DNA of 54,592 bases, counting the filler, from Streblomastix strix (taxonomy: Eukaryota): the NCBI GenBank assembly GCA_008636045.1. It is 2 parts of 2 records of this genome, joined end to end, with 100 filler letters (N's around TTAATTAATTAA, not from the genome) between each part and the next. Parts side by side here need not be neighbours in the genome. Positions count along the whole stretch, not along the records: positions 1 to 27,279 come from SNRW01000147.1; 1 more part is not named here. One strand, 5' to 3'. Within the stretch, counting starts at the first letter, position 1. Each line of letters begins with the position of its first letter. Positions 12,283 to 23,569 of the stretch are shown here, piece after piece. The notes under the pieces are model-generated. The model saw only the letters and a program-made list of their open reading frames with translations, searched no databases and was not told the DNA's origin. A program made the translations under genes and the position numbers.

Positions 12283-13572
12283 TCAAATTTTTAAATTAAG
12301 CTTTTATAAATAAACTTATGGTAATGAATCTATGTTCTCACTAACTTTCTTGCAATAGTATTTCGGTATTTCTACAATAGATAATTTCTAGTGTTATGAT
12401 ATGAATTATCGTAATAGTTTACATACAACATTACCGTTGCTATATTCTATGAATTCCGCAAGCTCATTGAACTATCTTCTGCGTTTCATGTAAGAGAAAG
12501 CAGTCTTTGATAAATCAAGATGAATCATCAATATTTTACCTCGTTTAAAATTTAATAATCCTTCTGATTTCTATTTTTATTTAATATCATTTAACTCTTA
12601 TTCTTTCATTCTGATGAATATTCCATCAGTATCGGGGTTATACTATACTTCATCAGGTGAGATTTTATTATCATACGCTAATTGTGGTGTCTTATTATAA
12701 ATATTGACTAATTATTATAATTTTTAAGGATCTTCGAAATTATTACTGCTAGTACCAAATCCATTACGAATAGTCTTCACTACTGAATCAACTATTCTAT
12801 TGAGCAATGTAAATTGTGAACCTGTGAAAAAGAACTAAATTCCTTATTCTTCTAAGAACTATTGTACATCCTTTTCTTTGAATGATCTTTCGCCGTCTCC
12901 TCTTATGATAATTACGTGCTATTAATTTATAAATTTTTTCTATGCATTTATTACTTGAGATGCTGACTTATTGATTATTGTAAATACTATCGAACATTTT
13001 GTATTAATATTAATTGCAAATAAATAATTCGCTTCTCTATTTTTGTTATTGCGTTCATACACTAAATCTGTCTCCCAAGAACCAAACTAATTACTAAAAT
13101 ATGGTCTAAGAAATTAGTTTAATATCTTTATTTAATAGTCATGGACTCTTTGTTATATTTCTTATGGTTCCATATTATTGATTTTAGCATATGCTTTCAG
13201 TTTAGTTTTCCAAGGAAATTTAATAATCTTAACTGACTCATTTTATTTGCTTGCTTAGCCTTTGGCTTCATCATTTTATTATTCTGCTTACTATTCATCT
13301 TTTAATTTTATCAATTTAAAACGACGACTTTTCCCACGTTTTAGTATATTTTATTATCTAGCTTCTTATTCATTAATTTCATCCCAGTATGCTATAAATT
13401 TTTCTCCAATTAGTACGTTCTCTATGTTATTCAATATCACTTATTATTCTCGTTTGGTTTTAAATATTTTTAGTTGTATGATGAAGCTCTATAGATTTAA
13501 TAATTCCTTCGCTCTAGCTAGATGTTTGATTTATTGTTATATATTTAGTGCATCATTATCAGACTAATCCAT
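12283..13572 (-). CDS. Retroviral-like (rve) integrase of Polinton type, 429 aa, open frame
   Basis: ATG 13572 to TGA 12283-12285 uninterrupted with TAR=Gln: RPYFS..GSWETDLV, YLFAININTK, IRGDGERSF, NRIVDSVVKTIR, VNIYNKTP. Confidence 0.85.
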
Positions 13573-13899
13573 ATCTATAAAATAATATTTCTTAATAATA
13601 TCGAATAAATTTGATTGCTCTGTCAGCGCTTTTTGCATTTATTTCTTAGTAATTTATCTAAATCAAAATATATAAATAATGGTAAAATGGTTTAAAATCA
13701 TAGTTATTTAATATAGATTTTCCACAACTTTCCATTTTTAAATATTCGTAGAGATTTGCATTATTCTGAACAAATTGTATTAATTACGATAAAAATATGC
13801 TAGAATTATTGATTAATAGGGTTAATTTTTCAAAATGACCATATTAGCTAGAATCGTGGAGAATTGGGTCTGAAACATCGGAAAAAAGTTAAGGCTCTG

Positions 13900-15800
13900 G
13901 AAAAACACCATCGTATAGTAGTAAATTTGAAGAATTGAAGCTAATAACTGGTACTTCATAATGCTATGGTATTGACTCATCTTCATATTTGTTTGAATCA
14001 ATAACTTTTTTGGCTTCATTAAATAATCATTTTATCCATACATTAATGAAATTAGTGGTTCATATATCAAAATAAGTGGAATAAATTTAGTCAATGTTTT
14101 TATTTATTATTTTTTATTGTACTTGCAATTGATAGATGTTCTAGAATTGAAATTAATTTTGAATTATCATTGTATTTTTCATTAACGATTCTTTCAATGG
14201 TTTCAATGTCAAATGTTATATAATATTTAGTGAGTTTAAATTCATCCTCTCGACCATGTGCCAAAAGATAATTAGAGCTAATGCTATTCAATGTATGAGG
14301 AACGTTACGTATTGGAAATCTTTCAAAATATACTTTTTTACTATCTTTCCTCAATTTTTCTAACATTTTATATGAGCCTTCTTAGTTTAGATTATAAATT
14401 TGAATCTCTAGTTTTATAAGCCTGCACATCACAGATAGGACAATGTTCTAAACCAGTTAATGCTTCAATATCACTTGTATAAAACATAAGCTGTTTGTTG
14501 TTCAATAGATGGGTTAATTAAAAGAACATTAAATTCTTTTGTTTATTCGTTCTATTCGATTCTTCTGTACTATTTCCATAAATAATAACTACTTGAAGTG
14601 CATCCACTGGTTGCCGCTGTCTCTTCATAAGCGAAATCATTAATATTTAAATTTTCGTTCCAAATAAATTAATCTACTTCTGTTTAAAAATTAAATGTCT
14701 ATTAATTATTATCTATTTTCTTTCCATAGATTCTATAAAATAATCACTTTGCTCCTGCAATACGTGAATGTTCCTTATAACGCTTAGCTAACACTAAATC
14801 GTCTGTTTTAATTTCTGGAATTGCAATAAATGAATATGTTTGAAAGAAACATAAATTATAATTATTCTTTCTGTGAAAATATTTCGAATCTCACGCCTCA
14901 TAATATGATTCTTTAATGAAGGTATAGTTCGACCACCTGCTCCTGCATGTTGTAGTTTGAATACTTGAATCATTATTGAAAATATACCTAAAATTTTCTC
15001 TTTGGTGTCCAAGATGGTTTTCTCTTACATTTGAATAATGTGGTTTCTAATGAATTGTTTATACTCAGCTAAATCTAAGTGCGTGCGTATGGTTGTTGGT
15101 GCTCTCATCTCTGTTCTAGCTTCAAGAGGATGATTAATTTTATACGTTATTTGTTAATCATTTTTTTAACCATCGACTTGTTCAATAACTACTCTAAAAT
15201 CAATAGTAATTTTGAATGCGAATTTTTATTCTCGCTAATATATTTCATCTAAGTAAGCATCAACATCTTCAATTGTTTTCAAATCATTTTTATAATATTC
15301 TTTTGTATGACTATTAGTATGAATATAGATTGGGTCATATTTTATGTGTTAATTTTATATATGTTTTCACTCAAAATTACTTCTTCTTCTTTCATATTCA
15401 TGCTCGAGTTGTGGCTCACATAACATAATCGTACTCTGCAAGATGTTGAGAGCATCAATTGGCCTAAAAATCTTGCCTTTATTTTCGCTACTAAATTCCT
15501 TTATATTATCATTACTATTTTTGAATATATCCTCATTTTATTTTTATTTATGTTTAATTTCTTATTCTTTAATTTCGTTTAAAAAATTTGCATGTCTCAC
15601 TCGTTATTCCTCCATAACCTGCACCTATTATTAATTGTTCTGTTTGTTCTATTCATCTTAAGTGTTCATTTGCTGAGAATTATTCTATTCTTGCACATAT
15701 TACTAAGCATAAGCATCACCGTTAATTTATTCATTTTGAAGGCCTTATTGAATGTCCTATCTGATTCGTCTTACGAATGGTTTTGAATATATAATTGCAT
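13900..15800 (-). pseudogene. pPolB N-terminal region and start of exonuclease domain, frameshifted
   Basis: AGG.TIPSLKNHI, NLCFFQTYS, ALTGLEHCPIC (Cys pair), YYITFDIET (ExoI-like), HLSIASTIK, YEVPVISFNSS (ExoII-like). Several frameshifts; ends approximate. Confidence 0.7.
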
Positions 15801-15958
15801 TTCTAACTTTATCTCTACTGTTTCTACCCATCTCTAAACCGATTTTATCTAAAATAATGAAAATTAAGTCTCTGATTCATTAACATTTATTTTATTTATT
15901 TATATATCATATAAAGTCAATAATTCTCTTATAATTTATAGTATTTATTTTTTGTGTC

Positions 15959-16420
15959 TTAAATCCAATTGATACTCCTCACGCACTTCGTGAGCTTCGC
16001 GTTGTTCGGGTAGCTGTTCAGGTGAAAATAATGGTGACGGCTGGTAATTACATGCATGCATTTACGTAATATAATTCTACATTTACATAAATTTTTATTG
16101 TCGTTGCTCCATTTATAATACATGTGATAGCTAATAATTACGCGCTTACATCTATCCAATATATTCTTACAAATAAATCATTTAATATTATTCAGTTTAT
16201 AATTATGGTATTGGCTAATAATCACGTGTTTGCGCCCATCCAATACATTCTTGCATTTAAGTTGTTTATTACTGTATTTATCAGGATGATTGAAAAGATG
16301 TTAAATTAAGTGGTTATAGATCAGGTAGTGCTTAAGTTGTAGGCATAATTGGAGGGACAATAGGAGGCACATTTGGAGGCACAGGTCGTCTTTATGAGTC
16401 TTACCCCTATTTATCTGCCA
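15959..16420 (-). pseudogene. Viral-element hypothetical protein: Pro-rich N-terminus plus three ~27-29 aa Cys/His repeats
   Basis: MADKQGQDSQRRPVPPNVPPIVPP, then after an apparent frameshift CKNVLDGRKHVIISQYH / CKNILDRCKRVIISYHM / CRIILRKCMHVITSRHH. The repeat is visible in the DNA (gctaataat.acg..). Confidence 0.4.
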
Positions 16421-16575
16421 TTTATTAAAAATAAAAATAAATAATAATTACATAAATAAATTGTATTGTTGGGTGGATTGAGTCGTAAAACATTAAAGAA
16501 TTTTATGAAATTTGCACGAAGAAATGGAACAGGTAATAAATGGCTTATTACTGGACCGTGTGGATTGGGTGGATT

Positions 16576-16623
16576 GAGTCAAAAACTTTTATAAAAAGCT
16601 GTGGCCAACTGGACAACTGGCCA
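16576..16623. repeat. 48 bp motif, inverted partner at 18592-18639
   Basis: gagtcaaaaacttttataaaaagctgtggccaactggacaactggcca versus reverse complement of partner gagtcaaaaacttctaaaaaatgctgtagccaactggacaactgacca. Confidence 0.85.
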
Positions 16624-16651
16624 ATAATTGAGGAAAAATAAATCTCTTAAA

Positions 16652-17740
16652 TCATTGGAATTTATATTTAGCTAAATCGAAACCACCTATTTATTATTAT
16701 CTCTACGTTAGCCTTTGACCATATAATTACATGGCTTGAGCAAGTGCTTCTCTAATTCTAGCATCGATACCTTCGACTTGATATAGTTGGGTAATAGCGG
16801 CAGCCAATTCTTTTTTATACAATCTTTTAGCAAGTGTCAAATATTCGTAATCTCCTTTTTATATATTTAATTTATTGCTTCTATTATATATGTCTATTTT
16901 TCCGTCTTATTATTCTAATATTTCTACTGCAGGATTAACAAGAACTGAATTCCAAACAGATGCTATTACTTGATGTTTGGTTGCTATTGGCAATTATGCG
17001 CCTCCATTATCGTTTATATATTTTTTTGCCATATTTGCGAATTTTCTGAAACTATGATCCTTTATTTCTCTTACTTTATGACGCTTCGTTTATGATAACT
17101 ATTTCATGTAAGGGCCGCCTTTTATTCTTGATTATTTTAATTTGGTTGCCAATGCTGTTCTTTCACCATCATCAAAATTTGTATAATATTATTTCTTCTA
17201 ATTTCTTTTATGTTAATTTTCTTATTCACCAAATCCTACTGCTGTTGCATAACCATCGACGGAATAAATTGCATTCTTTTTCTTACCATAAACAACTACA
17301 TTATCAGGAGTGGCTTCATTATCATCTAAGTCTTATTCACGCATAATCGATTACTTAAATGTTTAACATATATATATTTGAGCACTAACTGCTGTTGATA
17401 ACCTGCAAATTTTCTTAAAATATCTGTTTAAATAACAAACGAGTGCAGCAAGAAAATCACCTGTATATTTTCTAAATTATAGGCCAGCATGCTTTTTTGT
17501 TCTTTGAATAAGAGATGGATGGAATGGTAGCCATCTAAACGCTTTTTCTCGTGATTTCATTCTGCCCTATCTTGCAGCTCGTGATTCATGACAATTGTAA
17601 TCATCCTCCATACCATCAACGTCCATCAAACCACCACCTGCACCACTACCACCTGAACCTTAGTTTTTTTCTGCAATGAATTCTCGCTTTGCGTTTGTTT
17701 CTTCCTCGTTGACTATTTATAGAATTTATTATTCTGAAAA
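16652..17740 (-). pseudogene. Viral-element hypothetical protein, frameshifted
   Basis: Long TAR=Gln coding stretches (QGSGGSGAGGGLMDVDG; DLDDNEATPDNVVVY; AIYSVDGY; HQVIASVWNSVLVNPA) ending at TGA 16652-16654. Start uncertain. Confidence 0.5.
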
Positions 17741-17789
17741 TAATGATATTCTATATCTTAACGATAAAAAAAAGTTTTATATAATAAAA

Positions 17790-18577
17790 ATGGCGAGTTT
17801 AACATAAAAAGTAGATAACATGTTAAAAGAAATAGAAGTGAATAAGCACGAAATTTAAACTATTATTCATAAAGAATTAAATTTTTTAAATAATTCTGTA
17901 AATATTTTGATAGGTTAGCGTCGTAGTAGTAAGACATACAATGTCCTCAACGAATTAATTATATTAAGCCAATTAAAAAAACATTGCTATACTCTATTCA
18001 TATATGTCAGCGACTCAAATTATGACTCCACATATAAAAATATTAAAGATTTAATAAAAATTCCAACAAAAATTGTTCCAAGTGCCGAAACGGATTAAGT
18101 GTTGAATGATTTGATTGAACTTAAATAAGCGTTCGATTAAATATAAAAAAGTAATTATAAAAAGAACTAACGTAAGAGTAAAGGGATGCCAAATTAACCA
18201 ACGAGTTCGGAGGTAGTGAAGGTAGTAATTTTAACGTTAAATTTCCTCATACTTTTGTACCATTTGATGATGCAATGAGTATATTTAAAAATAGAAAAAA
18301 TCCATTGTTGAAGAAGCTATTTAAGAACCGATAGACCAGAATAACGTACTTTCTTTGTTTATAAAACATCATTGGTTTAGATGCTACTATTAGATCAAAT
18401 TTTGATTCATTATGGTTCTTCGGTTCATTTATAAGTTTAAAATTTAATTAATTTTTCTATTAATCCTCTATACCATCAGATAAAGAAATAATATGGAATG
18501 AGTATGTACGACTAACTAAATAATAAGCATTAGTGGGATAATATGAAATGAGTGGAAGAGTTGTTAAAATAATCTGA
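17790..18577 (+). pseudogene. A32-like (FtsK/HerA family) genome-packaging ATPase
   Basis: VNILIGQRRSSKTY (degenerate Walker A), PHTFVPFDDAM (Walker B), KNRQTRITYFLCLQ (Arg/Gln motif), IRSN. Span of 788 nt implies a frameshift between Walker A and B. Confidence 0.8.
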
Positions 18578-18591
18578 ATTCATTAACAATC

Positions 18592-18639
18592 TGGTCAGTT
18601 GTCCAGTTGGCTACAGCATTTTTTAGAAGTTTTTGACTC
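18592..18639. repeat. 48 bp motif, inverted partner of 16576-16623, followed by about three 10 bp repeats (CTCGGAACA-like)
   Basis: tggtcagttgtccagttggctacagcattttttagaagtttttgactc|ggaacactcgaaacactcggaacact. Confidence 0.85.
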
Positions 18640-18999
18640 GGAACACTCGAAACACTCGGAACACTTAAAAGTCATTCATTTCAGCGTTTCAACTAAATGA
18701 CTCAGCACATCTTAAAATTAGTCTAATTTATACTCAATCCTATTTAATTTATCTTTAGAACAAGTTCTTACACATACTTGACCTTCTATTGTCGATAATT
18801 TATTGCCATATAATTTATATAATTTATTTAATTTTTGCGTTGATAGCATAGATAATTATTATTAATTTTAGGAAATAAATTGTTTGAAATCGTTTAGACT
18901 CTCAAAATATTTAGTTCTGTTAACGTTTACGTTAATTAGTCCTTGGACCGCTCTTCGAGTGGAGTTTCTTATTATTCATCCGTTTCTATTTATAATTTT

Positions 19000-19813
19000 G
19001 ATGAGAATTAATTGTTTTTTGTTGTTTAATAATATTCAATCCGTTTTATTTCTACAAAAATAAATTTAAATATTTTTTGATGGCATCACTTTTGGTCATA
19101 ACAATAAAATTCTTAATCATAATATTACAATGTATCTCTTAATTCTTGCATCAATTTACGACTAATCCATTTCATGTTTCTTCTAAGAACTTCTAATGTT
19201 GTATTATTTTCATCATCAACCTCTACATATTTAACGACTAGAACATAAGCTTCTTCTTTGCCCTGAGGTACCAATTTTGGTTTTAATTGTTTTATTTCAT
19301 CATCTTATTAATTTATTATTATTTTTTATTCTTCAATTATTATTTAAACCTTTTCTTTCTCAAAATTTGCCATGGATATCTAATCGTCTTCTGCTTAGAA
19401 TTCGACCTATATATATGTTCATTAAATAAATTCATTATCTAATTAATAAAATATAAATATTTTATTGATGTTTTTATACGTATTATATTTAATAAATCTC
19501 TATGTATATATATTCCTCTTACATAATTTATATATTCATTAATTAATTGATACTCATGAAGATGCTGGCTGGATTTCTAGCCAGCACATTATTTCATTAA
19601 AAACTATTTATACTCTTTGAACATTGAATTGCATGTTATATTTTTAAGTTTCTTATTAAAATTCTCTCGTTCATTTATTTATTAAATTAATTTTGTAGCA
19701 ACTACGTACTCATCCTTATCACGAGTTGTTTTTTCGAACATCATATAAGTGCCAAGAGTGAAAGTTTCATTGTTTGAAGTAATTTTCTGTGTTGTTGCTG
19801 TTTCTGCTTCCAT
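19000..19813 (-). pseudogene. KilA-N domain protein, degraded
   Basis: MEAETATTQKITSNNETFTLGTYMMFEKTTRDKDEYVVATKLIQQIN...YIHRDLLN matches the KilA-N pattern (D.YvNATKl ... YvH.dL). Downstream coiled coil and LKPKLVP region lie in a shifted frame; 3' end approximate. Confidence 0.65.
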
Positions 19814-20001
19814 TGTATATAATGATAAAAAGTTGAATTTATATAAAAACCCAAAACGATAAATTTTAAAATCATATTTGCTTGAACATTAACTGTTTTT
19901 ATTATTTTTCTAGGGGGTGATTTTACTCCCTAGCGTGGCCCGATGATTCATACAAAAGTATATGCGTCAATTCGTCAAGCTAATTCAGCCCATCAACGTT
20001 T

Positions 20002-20397
20002 TCAGTATTTCAGCATTAATTCAAGAACAAATTTTAGATAATTTTAATTTATATCTAATAACTATTTGTTCTAACGAAACTATACATATAAATATCTATT
20101 ACGGTTGTATTGGATGAAAGGCTTATAAACACTTTATTCGTTGCAATAGCCAACAAACTAATCGAAATATTATTCCTCTTGAACCATCGAACTATGAAAG
20201 CTTATGTTCTCGTTAGTGCCTTAGTTTGAACAATGACATTAGCAGAATATTATTTTTCTTTGATTATCGGAATTTACTAACGCTTATGGTAATGCAAAAC
20301 CAACTCCATTTTAACTATTTTCTCCGAAAACAACACCATCATTTTATGTTAAAGTGTAATATTTTAAGTTTTATGCCGAAGTCATATTTGAAGCCAT
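20002..20397 (-). CDS. Small beta-rich protein, putative minor capsid (penton-like), 131 aa
   Basis: Open ATG 20397 to TGA 20002 (FALPQALVNS..RKIIFCQC..ISFHSSMV..YFDQFVGYCNE..YLYVQFR..KFVLELMLKY), directly downstream of the putative major capsid gene. Function inferred from position and composition only. Confidence 0.5.
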
Positions 20398-20505
20398 TTA
20401 TTATAAAATAAATAAAAAATAATTAATGGCCTAATTAATTAACTATATTAATGCATAGGTGTTAGTTATATATATAAATAAAAAAATAAATAAAGTTTAA
20501 TTATT

Positions 20506-22780
20506 TCATGCACTAAGTGGTCCAATAACTTCATCAAATGAATGGTTTGTATCATATATGCAGCTTCCGCCCGCAGCTGGTGAGAACAACCTAAATGTAT
20601 CATGAACTGTGCATAAAATAGGTGGCGGTGGTCTCATTCCGCTGGTATCGACATTATAGAACGAATCAGTTTCTCCTTGATATATTGGTGCTCCTATGAG
20701 TTCGACAGAAATATTTTAGTTCTTAATGTCTAGTCCGCCAAATGTTAATGCTCCATTACTATTCCTCCCATATTAAAGTGTTTCTATAAAGCAACTTAAA
20801 TCACTGCGAAGATTAAGTCTCCGAGTAGCTGTATTTCTTGGTATTGTTAAAGCATCTTCGAATTCACCAGTAGCTTCGAATAATAGGTCAAGATTTGACG
20901 CGTTGAGTTGTAAATAGAAGAATTATTAGTCAAGCATATATATAGGCATATCTGGAAAGTTGCGACCACAGGTAGTTACTTAAAATGTTCTGATAGCAAG
21001 GATTTTCAAAGTAAATCGTTGCTCTTGCATCTTTCGGAATTGGAACACAGAAGTCGGTTACATGAGACAGTGGAATATTTTAAGATGTTCGTTTTCCTGT
21101 TAGTGTAGCCGACGTTGGAAATGGCTATATTTCTACTAGCTGTGCTAAAACAACAAATGGACGTTAGCTGTAGAATTAACAGACTAAACTAAGGCATGCA
21201 TCAGTAGCTTTATAACCTGCCATATTAGCCGTTACCTCGGTAATGACATAATTTTTTATACTCATAGAAACGGGTTTGATGTCGCATATTAAGTTCTTCA
21301 ATCCTGGTTCAGTTAGTTGTTCCGCATGTAGTCCTGTTATCAAGTCAGCAGTACATACAAGTTATGTAAATTGTTTAGTGTATTAGAACGTCAGACTCCA
21401 ATTTCTGATCATCAAATCGATATCCATTAACTTCTACAGACTACTACTCATTAACTCATCTTTATTCATTGTATAATATACAACCATTTAAATAATTGGA
21501 TTTACTTAACAGAAAACGAATGCATGAGGATTTATTTTTAATTTTATTTTTAAATCTCCAAATAAGCCATTAGGATAATCAAAAAATGCATAGAATATCA
21601 AGAGGCCATTAAGTGGAATACTAATTTTGAAATATATTGGAATTGGTTATGGAATAGATGTTTTATTTCCTATTAGCTATTCAATCTCTCACATACTTAA
21701 ATATGTTCCACACGCTGAAGTATAAAATTTGTGAATATTCTCATATAAAGAATGTATAAGTTTTCTATTATTTTTCTCACATTTTGGCTTGATTGTATTA
21801 TAAATAAATGATTCTGTTGTTGCGTCAATTTATAGACTTCCATCAATGGTTTTACTTCTGTGATAGATGGTATATTTTCTTATAAGATTTGAACCTGATT
21901 TGAGACCTATAAATAGAACTAATCAGTCTTAATATGATTTGTCAATTTTATCAAATTTATCATCGAGTTAAATAGTAGCAGTTTACACTACCGACAAAAA
22001 CGAATTTTATGTCTATGTGATGTCATGGTCTGTGTCTGATAAACTAATGATCATTTTTTTATCAAACTACGGTGGCTTTTATGATTCTAGTTTAATTTCC
22101 TTTATAGAATAATGATGATCTACTTCACCAGTAAATGGAAAAACCGCATAACCTAATTATTTTTCATGTTTTATTATTACTTCATCGATGAATGAATCTG
22201 TTGATGCTTCATTTGGTGCTGACTCGTTGGTGTTTGTACTGTTCGTGTAATTATCAAGGATATATGTTCCTTGAAATTCACAATCAAACATATTTAATTG
22301 TCCACTAACGGCTACCTATACAGCTGACGACTTATCATACATATCCTTGAACAGACACATAGCAGAAAATTCCTATTGTTCGACATGAACAAGCACATAT
22401 TTCGTATTAGATGGTAGTAGTTTTTTGCTGATTGTTGAGAATAATTTATATAATGTTTATTATGCTACATAATTAGCGCCTAATTGTGCCAATTTTGCTC
22501 CAAAGCTTTATACGATAAATGGACCGTCTTTAATAAAATATGCTGATATATATGCACTAAATATCGCTAATTCATCCACGAGTTTTATTTCACTGTTCAA
22601 ATAATTAGTTCTATTTAGCCCTTTCACTCCAGCCTCGACTAAATCTGTTTATTTTTTAACTGTTTCATAGACATACGATTATGCTTCAAATTGTCCTTTT
22701 CCATTTATATTCTATGTGTCCATAATGTCAACCTTTCCGTCATTATTTGGCATCATAATTTATTTTCTTTAATGGTTCAT
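20506..22780 (-). pseudogene. Putative double jelly-roll major capsid protein (~757 aa), one +1 frameshift near 20983
   Basis: Long beta-rich frame (LFIGLKSGSNLIREYTIYH, DYPNGLFGDLKIK, FVFCQVNP, CGRNFPD, RPPPPILCTVHDTF). In-frame TGA at 21923-21925. Identity inferred from size, composition and the neighbouring ATPase, integrase and PolB. Confidence 0.65.
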
Positions 22781-23333
22781 AATTTTTATAATATGTAATG
22801 TTAAGCACTAGAGCAGTATTTGATGGAATATGCCTGTAACATATAATATATGGTCCGTTTTAGTCAATATATCAAAATATGACATATGAATTAGGAGCAT
22901 CGGTTCTAACTATTGCAATCACTTAATAACCAGATTTTGATCTTGTTTTGGAGGGATAACTTTTGAATAAATATCCATTAGAAAATAGACCTGTTGTTGC
23001 AAATGATGCAGTCAACGTAATTCTATCGCCATAAACGATTGATTATAGTTCTGAACCACAGGATGATAAGAAACTTTATCGCTCTAATTATGAACTCAAA
23101 TCCAATTTTGTTATTGCATTCGGCACTGGTGGCTCGAACTCTTCATTAGATGCGTAGATAATATCATCATTATTTTTCACTTGTTATTGCAGTGTTTGGT
23201 CCCCAATTGGAACAGGTTGTGATATCTCACCAATAGGCCTAATATAACGTTTTTTGATATATGCGTATAATTCTGGGAAATAAGATAGTCCAGCAGCGTC
23301 TAATTATCTTTCATCGATATAAACGTTCGACAT
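22740..23333 (-). CDS. Putative fibre/receptor-binding-like protein (197 aa if the internal TGA is read through)
   Basis: MSNVYIDERQLDAAGLSYFPELY... with beta-rich C-terminus (SIVYGDRITLTASF..LFKSYP..YVIF[TGA 22872]YIDQNG..IPSNTALVLNITY). Confidence 0.45.
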
Positions 23334-23372
23334 TTATATTCAATAAAAATAAATAATTAATCTAAACAATTA

Positions 23373-23567
23373 CAGTAGAACTCGGTTAATTCGTACGCCG
23401 TTTAATTCGTACCTCCGCTTAATTCGTATGTTTTTTTTGATAAATAATTAGAGAAAAAGATATTTTTTGGAAAAATATTTCAAAATTAAATAGGAAATAC
23501 GAATTAAATTTAATTCAGATTCACATTTTCAGAAAAAGTCACCCTGCGAATTAACCTAGTTCTACTG
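23373..23567. mobile_element. pogo-type MITE (195 bp) inserted in the viral element
   Basis: TIRs CAGTAGAACTCGGTTAATTCG ... CGAATTAACCTAGTTCTACTG, TA on both flanks, three tandem TTAATTCGTA motifs at the left end. Confidence 0.9.
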
Positions 23568-23569
23568 TA

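Noticed and set aside
16576..18639. The 48 bp inverted repeats as terminal repeats of the whole viral element
   Set aside because: They are internal; viral genes continue on both sides.
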